Below, one piece after another: positions 46,926 to 57,375 of a DNA stretch of 64,000 nt (position 1 is the stretch's first letter; each line of letters starts with the position of its first letter). This DNA comes from Opitutia bacterium. Lineage in GTDB: Bacteria; Verrucomicrobiota; Verrucomicrobiia; Opitutales; JABJCN01. The notes under the pieces are model-generated. The model saw only the letters and a program-made list of their open reading frames with translations. It was not told where the DNA came from and did not search any database. Position numbers and translations under genes: made by a program. The DNA lies in assembly GCA_018668635.1 (NCBI GenBank), contig JABJCN010000092.1, forward strand, positions 9,032-73,031, read 5' to 3'.

Positions 46926-48710
46926 ATGAAAACCATCTGGCGAGTTTCCAGTTATCTCTTCAAATATAAGGGGCTGTTCTTCCTTACGATCGGTATGGCT
47001 GTATGCATGACTTTGCTGGCCATTTTTGTGCCACAGGTGATCCGGTATGTCATAGACCGGGTGGTTCAGGATGCTGAGTCCAGTATTTCCACGAATTTAA
47101 ATTTGTCTGTATTAGGCTGGGGCATGAGTGCCATTGGCCTAGCCTATTTCTTGCGCGAAATTTTCAATAGCCTGCGAATTCGAATTAATAATATTCTTGA
47201 GCAAAAAGTGTTGTTGGATTTGCGACAGGACCTCCACGCCAAGCTACTGGACCTTCCTGTCTCTTTCTATGATAGACGAAAGAGCGGAGATGTAGCTTCC
47301 CGTGTCATTGATGATGTGGCCAGTGTTGAGCGGGCTATCCTTGATGGTACGGAGCAGGGGACCGTTGCCTTGCTTACCATCTTTGGTATTTCCATTGTTA
47401 TGTTCGCACAGGAACCCTTGATGGGGTTAGCTGTTTTTTTGCCCTTGCCTTTACTTTTCATTCTTGGTCGCCGTTATTTCAAGGCCCGCCAGAAGAACTG
47501 GCGAGGGGTGCGTGATGCTACTGGTGATCTCAATAGTCACCTTGTTGAAGATATCCAAGGAAATCGCCTCATTCACGCTTTTGCCTTAAAGGAACGGGAA
47601 AAGGAGCGTTTTCACGATAAGAGTGAGGCGTTGCGGCAGAAGACTTTGACGGCGATGTTCCAGTGGTCTCGCTATAGTCCAACGACTAATTTTATTACCA
47701 ATTTGGGCAATGTAGGTGTAGTGGGTGTGGGTTGTTACCTGCTCGCAATTAAGAGTCCCGGGTTCTCTCTCGGTGAGTTCTTTGCATTTCTTTTCTATGC
47801 AAGCATGTTTTACGAACCTGTAAGGCAGATTAACAACTTGAACAATATGCTTAGCGAAGGAAAGGCTTCCGGAGATCGTGTTTTTGAGATTCTTGATCAT
47901 CCGCTTAATATTAAGAATGTCGAAGCCCCTGTTGATTTTCCTTCTGGTTCCATGCGCGTCGAATTTAAAGATGTCAGCTTTCAATACCCGGAACGCGCCC
48001 CTGTTGTTGAACACCTAAACCTTGTATTGGAACCTGGTACGGTTACCGCACTTGTTGGCCACACAGGTGCCGGAAAAAGCACCATTGCAAACCTTGTACT
48101 TCGTTTTTATGATGTGGGCGAAGGTGCGATTCAATTAAACGGCACTGACGTTCGTGACGTCGATCTACAACAACTTCGTTCCCACATAGGCAGCGTTCCC
48201 CAAGAGCCCTTTTTATTTGACACCAGTATCGCTGAAAATCTCCGATTTGGTAAGCACGATTCAACAGTAGAGGATTTGATAGATGCACTGAAGTTTGCTC
48301 GGGCTTGGGAGTTTGTTGATCGTCTGCCTCAAGGTATTGAAACCCTTATCGGGGAGCGAGGGGTGCGACTTAGCATGGGTGAAAAGCAACGCCTTACTAT
48401 TGCCCGTGTTTTTCTACGCAACCCCCCTTTGCTTATTCTTGATGAAGCAACATCAAGTGTGGACAGCATTACGGAGCATCAAATCCAGACGGCTCTGGAA
48501 AAACTTTTCCAGAATCGTACCACACTGATCATTGCGCATCGGCTATCCACAGTCCGTCAGGCCGATAATATAGTCGTACTTGACAAGGGAAGAATCTTGG
48601 AGCAGGGCACCCACCAGAAACTTCTCGACCGCAATGGCTCCTATGCGCAGCTGTGGCATCACCAGTTAAACGTAATCCCGGATTCCAGTGACCAGTTTTC
48701 ATCTAGATGA
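46926..48710 (+). CDS. ABC exporter, fused permease and ATPase (MsbA-like half transporter)
   Basis: Six predicted N-terminal transmembrane helices. Walker A is GHTGAGKST, the signature is LSMGEKQRLTIARV and Walker B is LILDEATSSVD. Confidence 0.9.
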   Translation: MKTIWRVSSYLFKYKGLFFLTIGMAVCMTLLAIFVPQVIRYVIDRVVQDAESSISTNLNLSVLGWGMSAIGLAYFLREIFNSLRIRINNILEQKVLLDLRQDLHAKLLDLPVSFYDRRKSGDVASRVIDDVASVERAILDGTEQGTVALLTIFGISIVMFAQEPLMGLAVFLPLPLLFILGRRYFKARQKNWRGVRDATGDLNSHLVEDIQGNRLIHAFALKEREKERFHDKSEALRQKTLTAMFQWSRYSPTTNFITNLGNVGVVGVGCYLLAIKSPGFSLGEFFAFLFYASMFYEPVRQINNLNNMLSEGKASGDRVFEILDHPLNIKNVEAPVDFPSGSMRVEFKDVSFQYPERAPVVEHLNLVLEPGTVTALVGHTGAGKSTIANLVLRFYDVGEGAIQLNGTDVRDVDLQQLRSHIGSVPQEPFLFDTSIAENLRFGKHDSTVEDLIDALKFARAWEFVDRLPQGIETLIGERGVRLSMGEKQRLTIARVFLRNPPLLILDEATSSVDSITEHQIQTALEKLFQNRTTLIIAHRLSTVRQADNIVVLDKGRILEQGTHQKLLDRNGSYAQLWHHQLNVIPDSSDQFSSR

Positions 48711-48779
48711 ACAACCTCGGCACTTGACGAATTTAAAACCCTTCCCATAAGGAGTGTAGCTTCCCACATTCTTTTTCAC

Positions 48780-49079
48780 ATGTCAGATTCACAACGAAAC
48801 AATTCATCCAAGCGGATGACCAAGTCGTTAACCGTTAAAAACGATATGGGCATACATGCCCGACCAGCTGCCATGATTGTGCGTATTGCGAATCGCTACA
48901 AGGCAGATCTATACGTTGAAAAGGATGATGAGGTCGTTGACGGAAAAAGCATCATGGGCTTGATGATGCTGGCTGCCGGAAATGGATCAGAGCTTCATTT
49001 CACTGCTGAAGGCGATGACAGCGAATCAGTCCTGTCGGATCTCGAGGCTCTTTTTGAAAGTGGGTTTAACGAAGGTTGA
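48780..49079 (+). CDS. ptsH: HPr phosphocarrier protein
   Basis: GIHARPAA carries the His-15 site and GKSIMGLMMLAA carries the Ser-46 site. Confidence 0.9.
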   Translation: MSDSQRNNSSKRMTKSLTVKNDMGIHARPAAMIVRIANRYKADLYVEKDDEVVDGKSIMGLMMLAAGNGSELHFTAEGDDSESVLSDLEALFESGFNEG

Positions 49080-49099
49080 GCCAACTTTAAGCTGCTTAG

Positions 49100-49130
49100 A
49101 ATTCCCCGACCAGGGAATTTAATTCTTTTC
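49100..49130. terminator. Possible bidirectional terminator hairpin between convergent ptsH and the RND pump gene
   Basis: AATTCCC-cgacca-GGGAATT is a 7-bp stem at 49100-49106 and 49113-49119. It is followed by TAATTCTTTTC. The stem is weak (3 GC pairs). Confidence 0.35.
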
Positions 49131-52100
49131 AGGGAATAATTTCCAAACTTTCTTACCAATCTGGCGGAAGTCCTCGAGGGCAAGATACAGACAAGGGACA
49201 AGCAAAAGCGTAATCAATGTGGCGAAAAGTACGCCAAAGCTAAGGGAGATTGCCATCGGAATAAGGAACTGGGCTTGTAGACTTGTTTCTAGTAGAATTG
49301 GTGTAAGGCCAGCAAAGGTGGTCAGCGATGTTAGGAGAATGGGCCTGAATCTTGCCACCCCTGCTGTGCGGACTGCCTGGATAAGGCATTCGCCTTCAAG
49401 CCGTCGCCGATTGATATAGTCAACGAGTACGAGACTGTCGTTAACCACGATACCTGCAAGAGCAACAATTCCATAAGTTGAAAGTTGGCTAAGAGGTTCT
49501 TGGAATATCCAATGTCCCATGACCGCTCCAACCAATCCAAACGGGATTACAGACATGACTATTATCGGTTGTATGTAGGACTTGAAAGGAATTGCCAACA
49601 GGGCATACATAGCCAATAGGGCCAGTAGAAAAGCGTTGAGGAGGGTCTGGTTGCCTTCCTTGGCCTCCAAGGCTTCTCCTTCGATATTTGTGATAACGTC
49701 AGGATGGGATTTTCTAAGTTGAGGGATCAGAGTTGTGGCAATGGCTTCATTGATCGATTCAAGGTTTCCCGCGGACTTGTCTAAGTCTGCTGATACCAAA
49801 ATTGTGCGGCGGCGATTTGTTCTCTGAATCGTGGAAAACCCTTCCTTGATATGAGCATCAGCAATTTCATTGAAGGGAATTTCCTGGCCACTTGGGGTTC
49901 GGATACGGAGATTTTCGAGGTTTGCGATCGATGTGCGTTCATTTTTGGGATAACGTATCATAACTCGAATATCCTCTCGGTCACGCTGGATACGTTGGGC
50001 TTCTGCGCCATAGAAAGCATACCTGACTTGACGGGCTAAATCCGCCTGAGTTATGCCTAGGGATTGAGCTGATGGCTTCAGTTTTAGCTGGATCTCCTGC
50101 TTGCCTGAAGAATGGGAGTCAAAGATGCTGAAGACAGATGGGTAGGCACTAAGAAAGTTTTTCACTTCTTCTGCAGCTTTCACCAGTTTTTGGTTATCTT
50201 TGCCTGCCAGTTCGATCTCGATTGGTTTTCCAGCCCGTCCGGCTGCAGTGGCGTTAAAGTCAAGGGTACGCACTCCTGGAATATTGCCAATAGCTTTGCG
50301 CCAGCGGGCAGCTAGCTTTGGCGCGGAGAGGGCGCGGGCTTCTGATTTATCAAGTTCTACTATCATTTGAGCCACATTTGTGTCCTCGGGCCCTTCTTTG
50401 ATATTTGCCGGGCCTCCTCCTCCAAAAGGGGTAGAACCTGTGATGCGAAAGATGTGTTTAAACGGGTCCTGATAGCCTTCGGTTTCAAGTTGGTCACGCA
50501 ATTTGCCAAGACCTTGCTCCAGTTGGCTGGTTGCGGAACGAGTTTTTTCAAAGCTTGTACCATCCGGCATCTTGAGTGTCACAAATATGTAATCTGAAGG
50601 CACTGCGGGAAAGCGCATCATTCGAATCCAGCCTCCTTTTACGGCTCCAATGGTAATAGCAAGCAGGGTAAGGAAAAAAGCAAATGTTGCATAACGGTGG
50701 TGCATGCAACGGGCAAGTGTAGGCTTGTACCATTTCTCAATAAAGGCTTCAAGGCCATCAGCAACCTTTCTTTGTAAACGCTGGAATGCATTTAGGCGTT
50801 CGCGTTGGCCATGGCCCACTTTACATAGAGATAAATGATAAGGCAGGATAAGTTTTGATTCCAGTAGCGAGAAAAGCAGCGTTGGAATTACAATGAGTGG
50901 TATTGGCACAAGGAATTTACCTTGGAACCCCGGAATAAAAAGGATTGGTATAAATGCCACGGTGGAGGTCAGTACCGCAAATGTTACTGGCATTGCCACT
51001 CGCTGGGTGCCGTCAATGGCGGATTCCACACCCGGACCGTCTTTCTGGAATCGGGTAAAGACGCTTTCGCCAACGACGATGGCATCATCGACCACGATAC
51101 CCAAGACCAGGATGAACGCAAACAAGGATATAAGGTTAATGGTCATACCCATCAAAGGCATGACGAAAAAGGTACCGAGAAAAGAAATGGGGATGCCAAT
51201 GCTAACCCAAACGGCGAGGGAGGGTCGTAAGAAAAAGGTTAAAATGACGAGGACAAGGGCGAGTCCAATTAGGCCATTTTGAACAAGCATTTTGAGACGT
51301 CCTTCAAGATAAAATGAGATATCACTCCAAGGCGTTATTGTTATTCCGTCAGGGAGGTTTGGCTGTATTTTTCGTATGTATTCACGAACACTATCGCTGA
51401 TTTCCAGGGGGCTCTGCCCGCCAACTTCAAGCACACTCAGGAAAGAGGCTGGTTCCCCCTGGAATGTGGCTTCAATACGGATATCTGCCAGCCCGTCATC
51501 AATTTTTGCTATATCGCCAAGAAGAAGGCGTGAGCCATCTGGACGTTTAATAACTGGAATCTCGGAAAACTCCTTACTGTAATAGGCTTGGCCTTTGGTG
51601 CGAAGGAGAATTTTCCCGCTTTCATTCTCGATGAATCCACCGGAAAGGTCTACAGAATGACCGCGAACAGCAGCAAGGATTTGTTCAAACCTGAGTCCAT
51701 GTTCCCGGAGTTTTTGTTCAGGGACTGCAATTGAGACCTCGTAGGGCTTGCTTATGGCTTGTACCTGACTAATGCCTGGGATTTGCACAAGATCATCACG
51801 AACCTTGTTCGCAAGCTCCTTGAGGGTTTTTTCCTCTGCCTGACCATGAATAGCAAGATTAAGTACTTCTCTTTTCGGGATCGCCTCCTCAACTGTCGGG
51901 TATTCTGAGAGTTCCGGGAAACTCTGTATCGAGTCCACGCGGGTGCGAATTTTATCTATCAACTTTGAAATGTCATAACCCCTTTCCACTTCAATGGAGA
52001 TATTTCCCACATTTTCCGCGGCACTGGAGTTTAGTTTTTTAATCCCATCAAGGTCTTGGATTTTTTCTTCTATACGCTTGCAAATGGTTTCCTCAACTTC

Positions 52101-52265
52101 CTCAGGTGCCGCACCAGGGTAGGGGACGGTGATGTTAATTCGGCCGAGTGTGAAGTATGGGAATAACTCCATCTTCACTGAGCGGATGGAGAAAATACCC
52201 CCGGCGACGATGAAGGCCATCAGCAGATTGGCAGCGATGCCGTTCTTGGCGAACCATCTTATCAT
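49119..52265 (-). CDS. RND-family inner-membrane efflux pump (AcrB/CzcA superfamily)
   Basis: 1048 aa starting MIRWFAKNGIAANLLMAFIVAGGIF. It has 12-TM RND topology and two large periplasmic loops. Confidence 0.92.
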   Translation of the reverse strand: MIRWFAKNGIAANLLMAFIVAGGIFSIRSVKMELFPYFTLGRINITVPYPGAAPEEVEETICKRIEEKIQDLDGIKKLNSSAAENVGNISIEVERGYDISKLIDKIRTRVDSIQSFPELSEYPTVEEAIPKREVLNLAIHGQAEEKTLKELANKVRDDLVQIPGISQVQAISKPYEVSIAVPEQKLREHGLRFEQILAAVRGHSVDLSGGFIENESGKILLRTKGQAYYSKEFSEIPVIKRPDGSRLLLGDIAKIDDGLADIRIEATFQGEPASFLSVLEVGGQSPLEISDSVREYIRKIQPNLPDGITITPWSDISFYLEGRLKMLVQNGLIGLALVLVILTFFLRPSLAVWVSIGIPISFLGTFFVMPLMGMTINLISLFAFILVLGIVVDDAIVVGESVFTRFQKDGPGVESAIDGTQRVAMPVTFAVLTSTVAFIPILFIPGFQGKFLVPIPLIVIPTLLFSLLESKLILPYHLSLCKVGHGQRERLNAFQRLQRKVADGLEAFIEKWYKPTLARCMHHRYATFAFFLTLLAITIGAVKGGWIRMMRFPAVPSDYIFVTLKMPDGTSFEKTRSATSQLEQGLGKLRDQLETEGYQDPFKHIFRITGSTPFGGGGPANIKEGPEDTNVAQMIVELDKSEARALSAPKLAARWRKAIGNIPGVRTLDFNATAAGRAGKPIEIELAGKDNQKLVKAAEEVKNFLSAYPSVFSIFDSHSSGKQEIQLKLKPSAQSLGITQADLARQVRYAFYGAEAQRIQRDREDIRVMIRYPKNERTSIANLENLRIRTPSGQEIPFNEIADAHIKEGFSTIQRTNRRRTILVSADLDKSAGNLESINEAIATTLIPQLRKSHPDVITNIEGEALEAKEGNQTLLNAFLLALLAMYALLAIPFKSYIQPIIVMSVIPFGLVGAVMGHWIFQEPLSQLSTYGIVALAGIVVNDSLVLVDYINRRRLEGECLIQAVRTAGVARFRPILLTSLTTFAGLTPILLETSLQAQFLIPMAISLSFGVLFATLITLLLVPCLYLALEDFRQIGKKVWKLFPEKN

Positions 52266-52317
52266 TTTAATACCGAGGACAAAAATTCGTGAAACTGCAA
52301 TGGATCAGGTAGCCATT

Positions 52318-53475
52318 TTATTCGGCGGCAACAGTTTCTTGTACTGGAGGTTCATCAGCGCGTTGGACTTTTAGTCCATTATTCATAAATTGCAGGCGTG
52401 TGAGACATAATGTGTCTCCCAGACTCAAGCCATTTTTAACCAGTGCTTCATTCTTCATGTGATGTATAATTTCAACTTTGCGTTTTATGAGGGTATTTTT
52501 TGTCGTGACCAGATAGAGGGTATCATCCTCGACCAATGAGTTTCGCGGTATGCGGTACAGATCTGGCAGGGTCTTGCCTTGAATCGTTGCAGAGACGAAT
52601 TGACCAGGTTGTAATTCGGGTCGCAGAGATTGATTTTCTGACATATCAATTAGGGCTATCAGGTAATGGAAGCGCGTTTGTGGATCGATACTTCCTCTAT
52701 CACGATCAATAATTGCATTCCATGACCAGGTCTTTCCGCCAATATTGGCTTGTATTATTACTTCTGGCTTTTCGGCGAGGTTTAGTAAATGAATTTCGCT
52801 GGATGGAATGGGTAGTCGGATTTCCAGTTTTTCCGAGCAGTAGGCTTTTGCTACAGCTGAAGAGTAACCCCCTCCAACAACCTGCCCGATATCTGCTAAT
52901 TTCTCGGTCATTATTCCATTGTATGGTGCGTGGAGTTGCGTGCGCTTTACATTAAGGCGTGCAAGGGCGGCGCCCTGTTTCGCTGAATTGACCTCTGCTC
53001 GCGCCAGAGCGAGCTGGGGTTCGCGGAGGACAAGTGGGGTCGCTTTGCGTGTGGTTAAATTTTTCGAAGCAATCCATTCCTTTTGGGCTTGGTCTGCACG
53101 CGCTTCTTCTTCGTGAAGTGCTAGTTCGGCGCGTGCTAGCACTGCATCAGCTTGCGCCATTGCCACCTCGAAATTCGTTGGATCGAGAGATAACAGAATG
53201 TCACCTTTCTTAAACCGGCCCCCAGCTTTGAAGACGTTGTTGACGGCTATTATTCTACCGGGCACCTCAACATTTAGTGTCCCTCCTATTGTAGGTTGAA
53301 CGGTGCCTTGGCTTTCCAGAGTTATACGAATTGTTTCTGGTTGGATGGTTTGGGTCTCTACAACGAGAATGTTTTTTTCAGGTGGCTTTGGCGGTCGGGT
53401 TTGTTTACACTTTGTGAGTCCAAGGTATCCAGCAGCCGCAATTGCGAGAAAGATGATAGGAAGAAGAGCACGCAT
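52318..53475 (-). CDS. RND efflux periplasmic adaptor (membrane fusion protein)
   Basis: The N-terminal anchor is MRALLPIIFLAIAAAGYLG, followed by coiled-coil and beta-barrel regions. I prefer the ATG at 53475, which removes the overlap with the upstream OMF gene. Confidence 0.85.
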   Translation of the reverse strand: MRALLPIIFLAIAAAGYLGLTKCKQTRPPKPPEKNILVVETQTIQPETIRITLESQGTVQPTIGGTLNVEVPGRIIAVNNVFKAGGRFKKGDILLSLDPTNFEVAMAQADAVLARAELALHEEEARADQAQKEWIASKNLTTRKATPLVLREPQLALARAEVNSAKQGAALARLNVKRTQLHAPYNGIMTEKLADIGQVVGGGYSSAVAKAYCSEKLEIRLPIPSSEIHLLNLAEKPEVIIQANIGGKTWSWNAIIDRDRGSIDPQTRFHYLIALIDMSENQSLRPELQPGQFVSATIQGKTLPDLYRIPRNSLVEDDTLYLVTTKNTLIKRKVEIIHHMKNEALVKNGLSLGDTLCLTRLQFMNNGLKVQRADEPPVQETVAAE

Positions 53476-53497
53476 CGAATTCTGTGTTTTATTACCC

Positions 53498-54946
53498 TTA
53501 ATTTCTAGATGTTGAAATTGGAGTTCCAAGTGCAAGATGTAATTGGATTCGGTTGTAAATGCGTCTAGCCTCAATGTTTAATTTGCGCGATTTGGCTTCA
53601 TTCGCACGTCGTTGGGCTTCCAATGCGGTGATAATATCTACCAAGCCCTGACGATACCGACCCCAAGCAAGTGTTTCGGCTTCTGCAAATTCCATCACTG
53701 ACTTGCTTAAGGCGATTTCTTCACGAGCGAGACTGCTTTCTGCATCTAGTGCCTCCTCCACTTCACGCAATGCGTTTAGGACGCTAGACTTGTAGTCGGC
53801 AACAGCTTTTGTCCGCATTGCCTTTGTCACTCTCATGTGAGAGCGGATTTTTCCCTGATTCATAATGGGCTGGGCCAGATTGCTGAGTAGATTCCATGAC
53901 GAGAAACTTGCTTCTGTTAGTTCTCGAAGGTTTTGGCTGGCAGTACCTGTAATTCCTGTCAGTCCTATTTTTGGAAGAAAACCTTTCCCTGCTTCTTTTT
54001 CACGAAAGCCGGCAGCTTTCATGCGCTGGAGAGATGCTCTTATATCTGGCCTTTGACCCAGAATTTGTAGCGGTATGCCTTCAGGAATAGACGATTCCAG
54101 TTTAGGCAACTTCTTGCCGGGCTCGGCCTTTCCCTCTGGATAACGTGCAAGAAGAACTTCCAGTGCACGTCTGCCGTTGGCTTCCAGTCTTGATTCATTC
54201 TCGAGCGCTGCCTGCGCGCTGGTGAGGCTTGCTTGAGTCAGTCTCAAATCCAGAGCTGTGGCGAGTCCCTGCTGGTAGCGATCTTTGATGATTTTCAGGT
54301 TCGCCTCATAGCTTTCTACAGTTTGGGTAGCTAGTCTAATTTTCAGACTTGCAGTTGTGAGTGCGCACCATGCCCGAGCCGTTTGGGCTGCAATCGAGAG
54401 TTTTGCTGATTCAAGATCATTTACGGCGGCTTCATAGTCGGCACCACTCGCTTTTTGGAGATCGTCTAGTCTTCCCCAAAGATCAATCTCCCAGTCCATG
54501 ATTATATCGGCGGTAAAATGATTTGATATAAATGTGCCTCCACTTGAAAAACGACTGAATGCAGGGTTGGTGCCTAGATTATATTTCTGTCTGTTATTCT
54601 GAAATCTGCCATTGAGTCGTGGACGCCTTAGGCTTTTTGCAGAATATAGTTGAGCCGATGCTACTTCTGTCAGTGCCTCTGTTGACTGGAGAAATGGACT
54701 ATTTTCTATCGCTTCTTCAACCAGTTCAGGTATCACCGTGGATTTGAAGTCTGAAATTGGGAACCGGAAAGTGTCTTGTTTGGGTGAGGTCTCCCCATCT
54801 TTCACATTTACTTGCCAAGTTTCCGGTAGATCGAATGTGCCGCCATGTGTTATGGGTTCGTTGGTCTTGCAACCAGTAAAAGTCATTAAAATCAAGACTA
54901 AGCAAATTTGCTTAGTCTTTTGTGGAACATTCAATTTTACGGGCAT
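53498..54946 (-). CDS. Outer-membrane efflux lipoprotein (TolC/NodT family)
   Basis: The lipobox is LILMTFTGC. Two OEP repeats with long helical segments follow. It is the first gene of an OMF-MFP-RND operon. Confidence 0.88.
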   Translation of the reverse strand: MPVKLNVPQKTKQICLVLILMTFTGCKTNEPITHGGTFDLPETWQVNVKDGETSPKQDTFRFPISDFKSTVIPELVEEAIENSPFLQSTEALTEVASAQLYSAKSLRRPRLNGRFQNNRQKYNLGTNPAFSRFSSGGTFISNHFTADIIMDWEIDLWGRLDDLQKASGADYEAAVNDLESAKLSIAAQTARAWCALTTASLKIRLATQTVESYEANLKIIKDRYQQGLATALDLRLTQASLTSAQAALENESRLEANGRRALEVLLARYPEGKAEPGKKLPKLESSIPEGIPLQILGQRPDIRASLQRMKAAGFREKEAGKGFLPKIGLTGITGTASQNLRELTEASFSSWNLLSNLAQPIMNQGKIRSHMRVTKAMRTKAVADYKSSVLNALREVEEALDAESSLAREEIALSKSVMEFAEAETLAWGRYRQGLVDIITALEAQRRANEAKSRKLNIEARRIYNRIQLHLALGTPISTSRN

Positions 54947-55096
54947 TTAACCAAGCGAGAGCTTATGGGAGGAAGGGATATCTTTCCACTTTATCGCTGA
55001 CACAACGTTAAGATTATGAATTCCAAGTCGAGTCAAAAGCGTGGTATTGATTCAAGGTGTGTTCTGTGGTTGTCTACGTGGATATTTCAGATTTTT

Positions 55097-57280
55097 ATGC
55101 GTCACAATAAATTCATTTTTCTTCTATCGTTCGTGGGGCTGGCCTTGGATCACGTTTTTGCTCAGGATACTTTTGCCCCTATGGATTCGCATGTGGAAGT
55201 TTCACTTGTCAGCGAATGGCCCAATGTGGTTCCAGGAAAGCCTTTTTGGGTGGCGGCAAAGTTTATTATGGACGAAGGATGGCATATTTATTGGAAGAAT
55301 CCGGGGGATGCTGGAGCCAAGCCTGAGATTACATGGTCCTTGCCAGATGGTTTTTCTGCTGGAGAAATCCATTGGCCGGCTCCATCCCAGCATGTTCTTC
55401 AAGGATTGATGAATTATGTTTATGAAGATGAGGTTTATCTTATGGTGCAAATCTCTCCACCTTCATCATTGATTGAAAAAAGCGTGACCCTGAGTGCAGA
55501 GGTAAACTGGACGGTTTGTTCTGACAAAAAATGTCTTTTTGGTGGGAAAGAATTAAGCCTTGAGCTCCCGGTAAATAATTCAATCGGAGAACCTCCAGAA
55601 CCAGCTGCTGGTTTCCAAAAGACACGAGATTCTTGGCCGATTTCAGAAAATGGGTTGGAAGGGCGCGCCTTATACGACGGCAAATTTATGGTTCTCGAGT
55701 TTTCAAGGAACCCTTTTGCTCAACCACTTGATGCCTTGGGTGAAAAACCTGCAGTTAATCTATCCGGCAAAACTCTCTGGTTGGCCTTCCTTGGCGGTGC
55801 AATACTCAATTTGATGCCATGCGTGTTTCCTGTGATCGGCCTCAAGATTATGGGATTTGTAAATCAAGCTGGAGCAAATCGCAAGAGCATTGCAATTCAT
55901 GGTTTAGCCTACGCTCTTGGAGTTCTTGTATCTTTCTGGATTCTTGCAGGAGTGCTTATTGCTCTCCGACAGGGCGGGGAGCAATTGGGGTGGGGTTTTC
56001 AGTTACAGGACCCTAGGTTTGTATTTGTGTTGGCATTACTACTCCTAATCTTTGCATTGAACCTGAGCGGTGTATTTGAAGTTGGAGCATCACTCATGGG
56101 TCTGGGTTCTAAACTTTCAGGCAAAAGTGGATTCATCGGGTCTTTTTTTTCTGGAGGGCTAGCAACTGTTATGTCGACCCCATGTGCAGCACCATTTTTG
56201 GCGACCGCATTAGGCGCTGCACTGGTCCTTCCCGCCGGGGCTTCACTAATTGTTTTTTCTACCATGGCCCTTGGTTTGGCATTTCCGTATTTGATCCTCT
56301 CTTTTTTCCCGAAACTGGTGGAGGCATTACCAAAACCAGGGGCATGGATGGAGACATTTAAACAAATCATGGCATTTCCCCTATACGCTACAGTGATGTT
56401 CCTCCTTTGGACTTTAGCCGGTCAAGTGGATGAATGGCATTTTCTAATCATCCTATTTGTCGTTATATTATTTGCATTTGCTGGGTGGATTTATGGCAGA
56501 TGGCCATGTAGTGGAAAGGCTTGTGGACTTGCGGGCCTGGTTCTTGTCGGTTCTTTTTTATGGGGATTTCCTGCTTCCTCCCCTGGAGTTAAGCCCTTTG
56601 ACTCTGGATATGAATCAGTGTACTTTTTTCCTGAAATTGCGTTGTTGGATCCTGCAAAAAAACAGCAGATTCTTATTACTGGTGATAAAACCGTCCTAAA
56701 GTTGCCATTGGCCGAGTATTTTGATGAAGAAGTGATGAGTGCGGGTGGTAGACTTAAAGGAATTCTTAACCTAACATCAAAGGGTTCAATTTCTTCTACA
56801 GCATTAAATCTCGAGATGGATGTGTCGTTGGAAAAAGTTGCTTCAGCAGATTTGACTGCGTTTTTAGACAGCAGTATTGCGCGTAGTATTGGGGCCCAGA
56901 CAAACAAAAGTGGTCTTCTCCCATGGGAAAAATGGACACCAGAAACAGCGCAGTTACATCTTCAAGCAGGGAGCCCTATATATATTGATTTTACTGCCCG
57001 TTGGTGTGCCACTTGCCAAGTGAATAAAAGAATCGCGCTTTCGTCCGATCAAATCATTCAACGTTTTGCAGAGACGGGCTTGATCCCACTAAAGGCAGAT
57101 TGGACCAAGAAAGGGCCAATCATCGCTCAAGCCTTGGCAGAACATGGACGTGTGGCGATTCCTTTTAACATTATATTTCTACCAGACGGAGGGAAACCCA
57201 TCATCCTTCCCGAGGTGCTTACTGAGGGAATTGTCCTCGATGCCTTGGATAATGTAGAAGCTAGAATGGTTCAGCAGTAA
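55097..57280 (+). CDS. DsbD/ScsB-like thiol:disulfide reductase (N-terminal DsbD-alpha-like domain, CcdA-type TM core, C-terminal thioredoxin)
   Basis: The N domain reads GWHIYWKNPGDAGAKPEITW. The TM cysteines sit in LMPCVFPV and STPCAAPF. The C-terminal thioredoxin motif is WCATCQ. The ATG at 55097 gives a signal-like start, MRHNKFIFLLSFVGLAL. Confidence 0.85.
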   Translation: MRHNKFIFLLSFVGLALDHVFAQDTFAPMDSHVEVSLVSEWPNVVPGKPFWVAAKFIMDEGWHIYWKNPGDAGAKPEITWSLPDGFSAGEIHWPAPSQHVLQGLMNYVYEDEVYLMVQISPPSSLIEKSVTLSAEVNWTVCSDKKCLFGGKELSLELPVNNSIGEPPEPAAGFQKTRDSWPISENGLEGRALYDGKFMVLEFSRNPFAQPLDALGEKPAVNLSGKTLWLAFLGGAILNLMPCVFPVIGLKIMGFVNQAGANRKSIAIHGLAYALGVLVSFWILAGVLIALRQGGEQLGWGFQLQDPRFVFVLALLLLIFALNLSGVFEVGASLMGLGSKLSGKSGFIGSFFSGGLATVMSTPCAAPFLATALGAALVLPAGASLIVFSTMALGLAFPYLILSFFPKLVEALPKPGAWMETFKQIMAFPLYATVMFLLWTLAGQVDEWHFLIILFVVILFAFAGWIYGRWPCSGKACGLAGLVLVGSFLWGFPASSPGVKPFDSGYESVYFFPEIALLDPAKKQQILITGDKTVLKLPLAEYFDEEVMSAGGRLKGILNLTSKGSISSTALNLEMDVSLEKVASADLTAFLDSSIARSIGAQTNKSGLLPWEKWTPETAQLHLQAGSPIYIDFTARWCATCQVNKRIALSSDQIIQRFAETGLIPLKADWTKKGPIIAQALAEHGRVAIPFNIIFLPDGGKPIILPEVLTEGIVLDALDNVEARMVQQ

Positions 57281-57375
57281 GAATAGTCTATCGGGAAAAG
57301 GGTTGTCAGATAGGGGTGTGCGGGTATGATTTTCCTCTATTTTGCTGATACTGAAATCTACACGTCGTCTGCCGG

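Noticed and set aside
46926-54946. The ABC exporter plus the MFP and TolC-like genes as a type I secretion system for the giant proteins.
   Set aside because: The MFP and OMF genes sit in a canonical OMF-MFP-RND efflux operon on the opposite strand from the ABC gene. They are more than 22 kb from the giant genes. The giant proteins also lack GGxGxD RTX nonapeptides and an obvious T1SS C-terminal signal.
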